In this document: positions 18,711-27,705 of the stretch, one piece after another | Layout of the letters: each line of letters begins with the position of its first letter | Position numbering within the stretch: the first letter of the stretch is position 1 | Assembly (NCBI GenBank): GCA_965219605.1 | Contig: CBDCOC010000004.1 | Coordinates: forward strand, 28,000 to 91,999 | Direction of reading: 5' to 3' | DNA: 64,000 nucleotides | Source of the DNA: Bryobacterales bacterium | GTDB lineage: Bacteria > Acidobacteriota > Terriglobia > Bryobacterales > UBA6623 | The notes under the pieces: generated by a model | Database searches by the model: none | Seen by the model: only the letters and a program-made list of their open reading frames with translations | Told to the model about the DNA's origin: nothing | Made by a program: the position numbers and the translations under genes

Positions 18711-20003
18711 CAGGGAAATTCAATGTTCGCGGTGCGGAGTTGAGTGGCAAAGCAGGTCGCGGCGTGGGACTGGACAAACAGGCTGCAGGACTCGGATTCT
18801 GCCCCCTCGGGCGGCTCATGGCTGCTGGCCAGCAGCCCCTCAGCGCCTCGCTTCGACTCCCCAACCTTGTGCGGACTGAACATTGAATTTGCCTGGAGTA
18901 AAAAATGCACCCGCTGCAGAAAAATGTGGTATCCTGCTCGCTGCACGGTCCCGGCGCCACGTTTGCTCTGCTGGGATCGTCCAAGGAGTACCCTCATGCC
19001 AAAGCAATCCCCCCCCCCCCCCCCCGGAGATTCTGATACTTCGCGGGCGGCGGCGCTCGTTAAACGGTCGCCGACACTCGCCGTCGCGCTGGCAACCCTG
19101 ATCCTCGCCGCCCCGCTCGCGCTCCATGCCCAAACCCCACCCCCAATGCAATGCACGCTTCAGGATGCTAGGATGACGCAGTTCTGGCCAACGCCTGGCA
19201 GCCCTCTCCAAGAAGGTGGTGATGTCATCCTTAGCGTCCATTTCCCGAATAACTGCCTAGCCCACGCCAAGCCACTGACGGTCTGCTTGGACGTGTGGGA
19301 CACAACCGCCTGCCCTCTTGGAGCGGATCCGAGCCAGTGTGACGGGCGCATACGCGGCAATGCCGGGATTCTGCTGAGCCAAAATCTCGGCTGGGTGAAA
19401 GCCGGTGGCCCGAGGATCTGCAACACGAGGCTCCTTGAGGGATTCGAAATGAACGGGGTAACCCAAGCTATCACCTCGGCACAGCTTCTGATCAACACTT
19501 TTAACGACACCACCAAGGCCAACCGGCAGAACCATATCCTTGCCGTGATGTACGACCCGTTTCTTCAGATCGTGCACATTCCCATCATCGACAATGACTG
19601 AGGACTGCCAGCAAGCACGCAAAGTGTAGCTCCTTGCGCCCGGCTGCGGCTGAACGTGTTTTCCTGCAAGGCGCCGGGTAGAGGAGTTCGTCCCCGCTAT
19701 CGAAGACGAGCGGGTGCCAAACACGTACAGCGCGCGGCCGAGGCCTTCGGGCGCGATCTCGCTGACCGCTGCGCGGAAGCGGTCCAGTGTGCCGAGTGCA
19801 TCGCCAAGAACGGCAGCCGCATGTGCTTTTCCGAATTTCGCCAGCAGGGCCTGTGCGTCGGCTCGGGAGTGGCATGCGCACCGGGCCCTGCTGCCGCGAT
19901 CACATCGCCGGCTCAATGTACCGGTGGCTCGTCGCGCTTGTCACCCCTCAGCGCCTCGCTTCGACTCCCCAACCTTGTGCGGACCGAACATTGAATTTGC
20001 CTG
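18711..20003. mobile_element. 1.29-kb non-autonomous TIR-bounded element flanked by a 27-bp direct repeat. It carries the poly-C secreted-protein gene and an internal duplicate of its right end (18837-18895).
   Basis: Left TIR CAGGGAAATTCAATGTTCG at 18711-18729 and right TIR CGAACATTGAATTTGCCTG at 19985-20003, matching at 18 of 19 positions. The flanks TCATCGAGATGGCTGGCGTAAGATCCC at 18684-18710 and 20004-20030 are identical 27-mers. Confidence 0.6.
18996..19601 (+). CDS. Small secreted cysteine-containing protein of unknown function; poly-C tract at codons 5-10
   Basis: MPKQSPPPPPGDSDTSRAAALVKRSPTLAVALATLILAAPLALHA forms a signal peptide. The region has lower GC than its surroundings. A 17-nt C homopolymer lies at 19009-19025. 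Confidence 0.5.
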   Translation: MPKQSPPPPPGDSDTSRAAALVKRSPTLAVALATLILAAPLALHAQTPPPMQCTLQDARMTQFWPTPGSPLQEGGDVILSVHFPNNCLAHAKPLTVCLDVWDTTACPLGADPSQCDGRIRGNAGILLSQNLGWVKAGGPRICNTRLLEGFEMNGVTQAITSAQLLINTFNDTTKANRQNHILAVMYDPFLQIVHIPIIDND

Positions 20004-20121
20004 TCATCGAGATGGCTGGCGTAAGATCCCGCTTTACGGTGTGCTACACTTCCGCTGTTGCCAGTGGGGGCGACACTCTGGATTGTCGGATCTCAGTCGC
20101 TTCGATATCCAGACATGCTAT

Positions 20122-20365
20122 TTAGTGCCTGCGACAAAAGCATCTATGTCATTGTATTCAAAACGGTTATGTGCAATCGACGCAGGCCAAGATTCGGCAC
20201 GAGGAGGCCCGTTGGACCGAATCCGGCCCGGTAGCTGCGATCTTCGCCTGACGACAACCCACTGCGCATCGGGTAGCCTGCTCCAAGAAGCCTTTATTCC
20301 GTTCACCAATCGGCCCGTTTTGCTAGCGGAGATCGGATTTTAGGGGGTTTTGTCTCAGGCACTAT
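20122..20365. mobile_element. MITE-like element, copy a (~244 bp)
   Basis: TIR AGTGCCTGCGACAAAA ... TTTTGTCTCAGGCACT. The flanking duplication is ATTT if the TIR starts at AGTGC, or TATTTA if it starts at GTGC. The element is ~85% identical to copies at 41917-42156 and 44417-44640. Confidence 0.7.
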
Positions 20366-20392
20366 TTAGACTGTAAAAGGAGAGTATGCAAG

Positions 20393-23300
20393 ATGCGCAG
20401 GATTATACGCAACTTGAGCCTGCTCGCTGTTGCGGCACTGCTGGCAAGCACCCCAGTGATGCGACTTGATGCGCAGGTTCTCAAGGGCCAGATTCTCGGG
20501 ACCATTACCGATCCGTCGGGTGCGGTGATTCCCGGGGCAGCCATCACCCTGATGGAGACGAACACGAACGCCGCGCGCGCAGGCGAGACCAATGAGAGCG
20601 GCCTGTACGTGTTCCCCAATCTTGACCCGGGCATGTACCGGGTCGAAGTCGCTTCCGACGGATTCAGCACCTCGGTGCGAGGGGGCGTTGAGTTGCAGCC
20701 GAACTCGACCGTGCGAGTCGACTTGGAACTGACGCCTGGCGCGGTGACCGAGACCGTCACCGTGACCGGCGCCCCGCCGGTGTTGCAGACCGACCGCTCC
20801 GACACCAGCGTCAAGATCGAGAACAAGCAGCTCAAGGAGCTGCCCCTGCTCTTCAACCGCAATTACCAGGGACTGCTGGCCACCGTGCCCGGCGTGGGTC
20901 GGCTGACACGTCCGCACTCGCAGTTCTACAACTCGCAGGATTCGCTGGCGGTGCGTGTCAACGGCCAAGGGCGCCAGTACAACAACTTCCAGATCGAAGG
21001 GATCGAGAACAAGATCGACAACGGCAACCTGACGGCGTTGGTGCCACCCGCGGAAGCGATCCAGACGGTCGACATTTCCACTTCCAACTTCGACCCTGAA
21101 TTCGGCAATGCCGGCGGATCCGTCGTGAATGTCACGCTCCGCTCGGGAACCAACGAATTCCACGGAAGCGTGTTCGCCTTCCATCGCAACGAGAACGCCC
21201 AAGCTACGCAGGTCTTCGCAACGAGCAAGGCGCACACCGTGTACAACCAGTTCGGCTTCACGGCAGGCGGCCCCATCATTCGCAACAAGATGTTCATCTT
21301 CGGCGATTACCAAGGCAGTCGTGACCACCTCGGCCAGGTCGAGCTGGACCGCATCCCGACCACCCCGTTCCGCACGGGCGATTTCTCGGGCGAAGGGGCC
21401 ACGATCTACGACCCTCTGACCGGTGACAGCGAGGGTAACGGACGCACCGCTTTCATGGGCAACACGCTCCCGGCGAGCCGCATCAGCCCGATCGCGGCGG
21501 CGATGGTCGGCTTCATCCCGCAGCCCAACCGTCCCGGGGAGATCGGTTCCCGCAACCAGGAGATCCCGGTCGTCCGCATCAAGAACATCAATGCATTCGA
21601 CGTGAAGTACGACTATGTCGTGAACCCCAGCGGGAGGCTGACGTTCCGCTATAGCTACCAGAAGGCGACGGTGACGGATTGCGGCCTCTACGGCCCCAAT
21701 TGCGGCATCTACGGCGGCCCGCGCAACAACGGCTTTTCCGGAAGCGGCCCGGCACGGACGCAGAGCCCGATGCTTTCCTATTCGCACGTGTTCTCGCCGA
21801 CGTTCGTCTGGGAGGGCCGCTTCGGCATCGTCCGCAATCGCAACGACGCCATCAATGCCGACACCGGCTTGCGGACATCCGAGGAAATCGGTATCCCCGG
21901 CGTCAACATCAACGAGTGGACAAGCGGCCTCTCCGAGGTTCGGGTCAACGGCTTGGACCGGCCTCTGGTCGGCTTCTCGCCATCCCTGCCGTGGGCGCGG
22001 TCGGTCACGTTCTTCGGCATTGTCAACAACTTCACCAAGACGTTCGGTAACCACGTGACGCGCTTCGGGTTCGAGGTGCGGCGAGAGCGCAACGACCTGC
22101 TGCAGACGCAAACGTTCAACCCGCGCGGCCGGTTCACCTTCGCGCGCGGCCAGACCGCCTGCAACGCCGAGTGCGACGGGCCCAACCAGACGCTGGGCAT
22201 CGCCAACGCCTTCGCCGCCTTCCTGCTTGACCAGCCGGGCGGCCACGGCCGCGACTTGGATGTCCAGTTCCCGACGCGGCGCGAGCTGATTCTGGCGGGG
22301 TACATCCAAGACAAGTGGCAGGCCAGCTCGAAGCTCACGTTCGATTTCGGCTTGCGCCTGGAGCGCGAGAACCCCTCCAAGCCGCGCTTCCCCGGCAGCT
22401 ACTCGAACTACAATCCGCTCACGAATGCGCTGGAGCTGAGCGGCATCGGCGGCCGGCCGGAGGACAACGGCATCCGGCCGGACCTCGGGTGGGGGCCGCG
22501 CCTCGGCATCGCATACCGTCTGAACGACAAGACCGTGCTGCGCACGGGCTACGGCATTAGCTTCATCAACCGCATCATGGGGCAGCAGAACTTCCCGGTC
22601 AAGCAGAACAACGCCTTCGTGGCGCCGAACTCGTTCACCGCGTCGGGCGCCATGGCCGAGGGATTCCCCGCGTTCCAAGCGTTCGCCATCCCCGACAACG
22701 GGCTGATCGACTTGAGCGCGCCGGAGAACGCCCTCTTTGCGCGGCAGAACTTCAACTGGGTCAACCCAGACATGAGGCGGCCCTATGTGCAGAGCTGGAA
22801 TTTCGCGATCCAGCGCACGCTGGTCTACGACTTCACGCTGGATCTGGCGTACGTCGGTAACCACGGCGTCAACAACCAGAGCAATTGGGAGTACAACGCC
22901 GCGACCACGCCGGGCACGGGCAATGCGACCCGTCCGCTCAACGTCCTCTTCGGGCGCACGCAGAACACCAGCACGCGGATCGGCACGCACACCTATTACA
23001 ACTCGCTGCAGATGAAGATCAACCGCCGCTTCAGCCAGGGCTTCTCGATGACGAACGCCTACACTTGGAGCAAGGGCCTGAACTTCAGCGACGACACGGG
23101 CGGGCTGCAGGTCGACGGCATCACCGGCGCGTTCCACACCAACAAGGGGCGCACGAACCAAGACCGCCGGCACACGTGGGTGTCGAGCTACACCTACGAA
23201 CTGCCGTTCGGCAAGGGCAAGCGGTTCCTGAAGAGCGGGCCCGGACGCTGGCTGTTCGGCGACTGGCAGTTGCAGGGCATCGTGAGCGCCATGAGCGGCG

Positions 23301-23719
23301 AGCCCTTTACTGTCACCGCGCCCGGCTCGACGCTGAACGCCGCCGGCAACAGCCAGCGCGCCGACGTGGTTGGCACGCCGACCCGCATTGGGGAAATCGC
23401 GGGGCCGAACGGGACCGCTCTGTGGTTCACGACCGACGCCTTCGCCGTGCCGAAGCAGGACACCCTCGGCGATGCCGGCCGCGAGATCCTGGACGGGCCG
23501 GGCCTGTTCAACTGGGACTTCTCGGTGTTCCGGCGCTTTCCGGTCGCGGCCTTGGGCGAGAGCGCGGCTCTGACGTTCCGTCTGGAGTCGTTCAACTTCA
23601 CCAACACACCGCACTTCAACAATCCCAACGGGGACGTTTCCAATCGCAATTTCGGACGCGTGCAGAGCGCCGCCTCGGATCAGCGGCAGTTCCAGTTCGG
23701 GTTGACGTTGCGATTCTAG
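20393..23719 (+). CDS. TonB-dependent receptor with N-terminal carboxypeptidase-regulatory-like domain (Acidobacteria type)
   Basis: 1108 aa. The signal peptide is followed by QVLKGQILGTITDPSGAVIPGAAITL...ETNESGLYVFPNLDPGMYRVEV (CarbopepD_reg-like). Plug and barrel regions follow, and the C-terminus ends in F (QFGLTLRF). Confidence 0.85.
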   Translation: MRRIIRNLSLLAVAALLASTPVMRLDAQVLKGQILGTITDPSGAVIPGAAITLMETNTNAARAGETNESGLYVFPNLDPGMYRVEVASDGFSTSVRGGVELQPNSTVRVDLELTPGAVTETVTVTGAPPVLQTDRSDTSVKIENKQLKELPLLFNRNYQGLLATVPGVGRLTRPHSQFYNSQDSLAVRVNGQGRQYNNFQIEGIENKIDNGNLTALVPPAEAIQTVDISTSNFDPEFGNAGGSVVNVTLRSGTNEFHGSVFAFHRNENAQATQVFATSKAHTVYNQFGFTAGGPIIRNKMFIFGDYQGSRDHLGQVELDRIPTTPFRTGDFSGEGATIYDPLTGDSEGNGRTAFMGNTLPASRISPIAAAMVGFIPQPNRPGEIGSRNQEIPVVRIKNINAFDVKYDYVVNPSGRLTFRYSYQKATVTDCGLYGPNCGIYGGPRNNGFSGSGPARTQSPMLSYSHVFSPTFVWEGRFGIVRNRNDAINADTGLRTSEEIGIPGVNINEWTSGLSEVRVNGLDRPLVGFSPSLPWARSVTFFGIVNNFTKTFGNHVTRFGFEVRRERNDLLQTQTFNPRGRFTFARGQTACNAECDGPNQTLGIANAFAAFLLDQPGGHGRDLDVQFPTRRELILAGYIQDKWQASSKLTFDFGLRLERENPSKPRFPGSYSNYNPLTNALELSGIGGRPEDNGIRPDLGWGPRLGIAYRLNDKTVLRTGYGISFINRIMGQQNFPVKQNNAFVAPNSFTASGAMAEGFPAFQAFAIPDNGLIDLSAPENALFARQNFNWVNPDMRRPYVQSWNFAIQRTLVYDFTLDLAYVGNHGVNNQSNWEYNAATTPGTGNATRPLNVLFGRTQNTSTRIGTHTYYNSLQMKINRRFSQGFSMTNAYTWSKGLNFSDDTGGLQVDGITGAFHTNKGRTNQDRRHTWVSSYTYELPFGKGKRFLKSGPGRWLFGDWQLQGIVSAMSGEPFTVTAPGSTLNAAGNSQRADVVGTPTRIGEIAGPNGTALWFTTDAFAVPKQDTLGDAGREILDGPGLFNWDFSVFRRFPVAALGESAALTFRLESFNFTNTPHFNNPNGDVSNRNFGRVQSAASDQRQFQFGLTLRF

Positions 23720-23810
23720 GGCGGGTGCCTGCCCGCTCACGTCGCGGGGCGGGATCTTGCCTCGCGGCCTTGTGACTCACAGGCGTGCGGCAAGCTGTTA
23801 AGCTTGTCGC

Positions 23811-26126
23811 ATGCCTACGACTGCTTGCTTGATGCGGCGCCGGCCGGCCCCTGCAACCGTCCTGCTGCCGCTGCTCGCGGCCCTCGTTGTGTCCGTCCTG
23901 CCCGCCCAGTCGCCCGAGGCCCAAGCGGGCGCCCCGGCGCTTGTCACCGAGGCCACGCTCGCTGCGGCGCACACATTGTCCCCGGTCATCATGGCCGATG
24001 CTGCCAGCTGGGAAGTGCGCCGGACGCGAGCTTCGCAGGAAGGTTTCGACTTCTACATCGACGCCTTGGTCGGATCATTCCAGTTCGGCAGTTTCGGAGT
24101 CGAGAGAGCCTTGAATGGATTATTCCTGCCCATAAGCCTGCCTGGGGCGTTTTCTCACGGGGATCCCGCCGGCACCAATCCTTCCGCAGGCTTGCTGTCT
24201 TGGTCCGGCCGCGCTCTCGCGCGCGACGTCAGCGGGAACGAGACCGAGGGGCACGCTGTCATCGGCGAGGTGGAGATTTCGATCGCAAGCTATGCGGACC
24301 CGCACGCCAGCATTTCGCTCCTCGACTTGGTCGATCTCAACACAGGCGCGTCAAGAGCGGCAATCGGATGGGCCGAGGTGCCGGTGCGAGACGGAGTGTT
24401 CAGCGCAGTAGCGGCCGGCGAAGGGGTGCAAGGCCGGTTCTACGGCCAAAGACATGTCGGTGCCGGGGGCATCTTTCGGGCAGACGGGCTTGCCGGTGCG
24501 TTCGGCGCCCAGCGCGAGCATCCTGAGATGCTCGGAGGCGTAGTCGTGCCCCACGGCCCGTTTGCCGGCGCCTCAAACGCGGCGACCCGGCTCATGGGCG
24601 TTGTGTTGGAGGGGCCGCCGGTGCTCCACGAAGCGGTGCTTGGACGGCAGGGCGGTTGGTTTTCCCCCTCGGGCCCTCGACCCGTGCTGGAAGCAGACTC
24701 GATGGAAGGAGCGTTTGCCGTGCTGGAAGCAGACGCGGGGGAAGGAGCGTTTGACATCGGCGCGATGGGCTTGCGGGTGCATGGTGTTGTGGAGAGCGAG
24801 GAAGCGCTGCACGGCGCGATGTCCATGACAGTCCGGCTTGATCTGGGCTTTGACGAATTGCCACCTGCCGCGTTGGTCTCGCGCATTGACGCGCTAGCTG
24901 GCCGAAGCGGGCAGGCGGGATATTCGGTGATCACCAACACGGCCGGGTTCGATGCCCCGCAGGGGGGCGAGCTGTTGCCGGCGGGCCCCGATGCGACTAC
25001 AACGCTAACCGCTGGCGGGTTCGGGCGCTTGGCGAATCCGGCGGGGAGCGTTGGCCGCTGGAGCGGCGTGCTGCAGGCGGAAGACACCAGTGACTCCCGC
25101 GGGCAGGGAAACCAGGTTCGCGGGGCTGTCTCGATCAGCGTGCATCTCGAGTCCGAGCCGAAAGTAGTCGTCGAGTTTTCCAATCTAGCCTACCAAGGCG
25201 TGACGCGTACCCGCGAGGACATCTCCTGGACATCGATCCCGCTCTCTAAGGGCAACTTCGTTGTCGAGGATGGCGCCAACCTGCTGCGGGGAGCCTTTGC
25301 CGGAGCGGACGGCGCGAACGTGGCCGGCATCTTCGAATGGGAAGGGCTGTCGGGAGGATTCGCCGCCTCTGCCACGAGCCGAGACGTTCCGCCGCCACCA
25401 CGCCGACAGGCCGCCTCTAGCCCCGCCGCTGAAGACGTTCAGCTGCTAGTGAGCGCTCCTCTGCTCACTCCTGCCGGGGGTGGCAGTGCTGCCGCTGCCA
25501 ATGCGCAGGTCGCAGCCATCGAGAGACTGCTGGTCGGTGCGCGGCCCGAAGATCCCAGCGGCGTGGCAACCGAAGGCGTACAGGTCGAGCGACTGCACCA
25601 TGCGGAAGGCGCGGCGGGGAATGCCGCATCTTCTGTCCGTAGCTTTATCCGCGGTTTTGGAGGGTGGCTGGAGGAAGGCTACTTCGGCGCGGCTGGCAGC
25701 TATAGCGTCGGCGAAGACCCCGTCGGCCATCGCTTGTCGTCCGCAGCGATGATGGTGGGCGCCGGCTCTGCGTCCAATCCGCCCGCGGTGGATGCCACTT
25801 GGGCAGGCGAGATGGTAGGCATCGACATCAGCCGGTCGGCAACCGACGGAAACTTGGTTCGCGGCCGCGCCAGTGTCCGTCTGCGCAGCGCAGCTCACCT
25901 GCAGGCGACGGTTGCCTTCACGGAAATCGTCGACCTGACGGGCGGCCAAGGTCGGGGCGATATGGAGTGGCGCGGCATTCCGGTATTCGACGGCTATTTC
26001 GAGTCTGCCAGCTCGCACAGCCAGATTGCGGCGAGATTCTTGGGCCGTGACCACCGCGAGGTGGCCGGCACGTTTGAATGGAACATGATCCAAGGCGCGT
26101 TCGGCGCCCGGATTACAGAACCGTAG
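23811..26126 (+). CDS. Secreted protein with repeated TbpB-like beta-barrel/handle domains
   Basis: Recurrent motifs GRFYGQRHVGAGGIF...GAFGAQR, NVAGIFEWEGLSGGFAA and ARFLGRDHREVAGTFEWNMIQGAFGAR resemble the transferrin-binding protein B (TbpB_B_D) C-terminal barrel signature FYG..A.E.AG.F. The signal peptide is type I with no lipobox. Confidence 0.55.
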   Translation: MPTTACLMRRRPAPATVLLPLLAALVVSVLPAQSPEAQAGAPALVTEATLAAAHTLSPVIMADAASWEVRRTRASQEGFDFYIDALVGSFQFGSFGVERALNGLFLPISLPGAFSHGDPAGTNPSAGLLSWSGRALARDVSGNETEGHAVIGEVEISIASYADPHASISLLDLVDLNTGASRAAIGWAEVPVRDGVFSAVAAGEGVQGRFYGQRHVGAGGIFRADGLAGAFGAQREHPEMLGGVVVPHGPFAGASNAATRLMGVVLEGPPVLHEAVLGRQGGWFSPSGPRPVLEADSMEGAFAVLEADAGEGAFDIGAMGLRVHGVVESEEALHGAMSMTVRLDLGFDELPPAALVSRIDALAGRSGQAGYSVITNTAGFDAPQGGELLPAGPDATTTLTAGGFGRLANPAGSVGRWSGVLQAEDTSDSRGQGNQVRGAVSISVHLESEPKVVVEFSNLAYQGVTRTREDISWTSIPLSKGNFVVEDGANLLRGAFAGADGANVAGIFEWEGLSGGFAASATSRDVPPPPRRQAASSPAAEDVQLLVSAPLLTPAGGGSAAAANAQVAAIERLLVGARPEDPSGVATEGVQVERLHHAEGAAGNAASSVRSFIRGFGGWLEEGYFGAAGSYSVGEDPVGHRLSSAAMMVGAGSASNPPAVDATWAGEMVGIDISRSATDGNLVRGRASVRLRSAAHLQATVAFTEIVDLTGGQGRGDMEWRGIPVFDGYFESASSHSQIAARFLGRDHREVAGTFEWNMIQGAFGARITEP

Positions 26127-26194
26127 CGTCACGGGTACGACGGCGCACGGGGCGTTGCCTTGCCAGCCTGTGACACCGGCGGCCGCCCGGCCCT

Positions 26195-26710
26195 TCAATA
26201 GACTGGCGTCCCGTAAGGGACGGGCGTTTCGACTCGCCGAATCTCGCTAACGCCGGCAATCTTCCAAGTACTCCCCGCGGCCTCGAGGTAAACCTGCTGG
26301 ACCTCGTTGCGGTCCGCGTAGACATACTCCACCCGCACCCGGGCCTTGCTGCCGGACTTCTCGGGCGCGTTCATGGCGATCCCCTTGATATCCTCGTTGC
26401 GCTCCCGGAGGAACTCTGAGAAGCGTTCGGCGCCCATTTCCTCCATGCTCTGGCGAAGCGTGCGTTCCAGATGTCCCGCATAGCATGCCAGATAGTCATG
26501 CACCAGGCCATCGCGGGCCGCATCCAGCATGGCGTAGATGACATCGCGCGGCTCGTCGGATGCATTGGAATCGCCATGGCCGAAAAAACTGCTGCCGGCG
26601 CTGCCGCCAAAGCCGAGGGAATCGAAACCGCCCCGATACCAAGCGATGGTGGCTAAGCCGGCAAGGATGAAGATGGCTGTCAGGACTTGCGCCTTGGCGT
26701 CCTTGCTCAT
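26195..26710 (-). CDS. Membrane-anchored hypothetical protein co-operonic with hflK
   Basis: 171 aa with an N-terminal transmembrane segment (VLTAIFILAGLATIAW). The start overlaps the hflK stop by 4 bp. Confidence 0.5.
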   Translation of the reverse strand: MSKDAKAQVLTAIFILAGLATIAWYRGGFDSLGFGGSAGSSFFGHGDSNASDEPRDVIYAMLDAARDGLVHDYLACYAGHLERTLRQSMEEMGAERFSEFLRERNEDIKGIAMNAPEKSGSKARVRVEYVYADRNEVQQVYLEAAGSTWKIAGVSEIRRVETPVPYGTPVY

Positions 26711-27696
26711 GGCGCTGCTTGGCGGCCGCTGCCTCGCCGGACGATATTCAGGTCTAGGTTGCCGTTCTCGTCCACGATGGTCTTGCGCAGGCGCGGCAAG
26801 ATCTCTTCCATCGTCTCGAGGAACAGCCGGCTGCGCGTCACCTCGGGGTTGCGGGCGTATTCGGCTGCCAGTTTCTCGAACCGGGCGGCATCCCCGCGCG
26901 CCTGCTGGATACGGCGCTCGCGGTAGCCCTGGGCTGCCGACAGCATCTGCTGCGCCCGGCCCCTGGCCCGGGGGAGAAGGTCATTGGCGTAGCCCTGGGC
27001 CTCGTTGACGATCCGCGCCGCGTCGGCGCGCGCCGACGCGACGTCCCGGAACGCGTCGGCCGCCTCGGCGGGGGGCGTCACCGAGCGGATATTCACCGTT
27101 GAGACCAGCACGCCCAGCTCGTGACGGTCGATCAGCTCTTGCGCGTGCCGGCGCACCGCCTCTTGGATCGCGATCTTCTCCGTGGTCAGGACCTCGTCCA
27201 CCGCCCGCGCGGAGATCTGCCGCCCGAGAGATGCCTCCACCGCGTTGGCGACGGCCCGGTCCACTGCGGCCGCGCGGAAAAGGTACCTTGCCGGCTCGGC
27301 AATGCTGTACTGCGCGACCGCCCGGACGCCGAGGATGTTCTGGTCTCCGCTGAGAAACTGCGCAAGCGCCGGATCGGCGGGCAGGGCATTGGCCTCGTCG
27401 GCAAGCTCCCCGCCGATGAACGCGCGCTTCAGCTCGCGGACCTTCAGCTTGCGGACCCGGCCTACCGGACGCGGCCAGTGCCAGCCCACGCCCGGCATGA
27501 CGCGATCATCCGCCAGCGCGCCGAAAGTCGTGAGCACGGCCTGCTGCTCCGTGCGCACCACGTAGATGCCCGAGGCCAGCCACAGTGCCGCCAGCGCAGC
27601 TGCCAGGCGGGGCCCGGAGATCTGCCGCAGAGCAGCGGTGAGGCGCCCGGGCGCTGCGCCGGCCGCCGACGGCCGCGGGTGCGCGTGTTCGTGCAT
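26707..27696 (-). CDS. hflK: Protease modulator HflK (SPFH/band-7)
   Basis: 329 aa. An N-terminal transmembrane segment is followed by an SPFH core and a coiled-coil C-terminus (ADAARIVNEAQGYANDLLPRARG). Confidence 0.8.
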   Translation of the reverse strand: MHEHAHPRPSAAGAAPGRLTAALRQISGPRLAAALAALWLASGIYVVRTEQQAVLTTFGALADDRVMPGVGWHWPRPVGRVRKLKVRELKRAFIGGELADEANALPADPALAQFLSGDQNILGVRAVAQYSIAEPARYLFRAAAVDRAVANAVEASLGRQISARAVDEVLTTEKIAIQEAVRRHAQELIDRHELGVLVSTVNIRSVTPPAEAADAFRDVASARADAARIVNEAQGYANDLLPRARGRAQQMLSAAQGYRERRIQQARGDAARFEKLAAEYARNPEVTRSRLFLETMEEILPRLRKTIVDENGNLDLNIVRRGSGRQAAP

Positions 27697-27705
27697 TGGC
27701 CGCTG

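Noticed and set aside
23811-23832. Lipoprotein (lipobox) signal on the TbpB-like protein
   Set aside because: The only early Cys precedes the hydrophobic core, and no L-x-x-C lipobox follows it. The protein is called a type I signal peptide protein instead.
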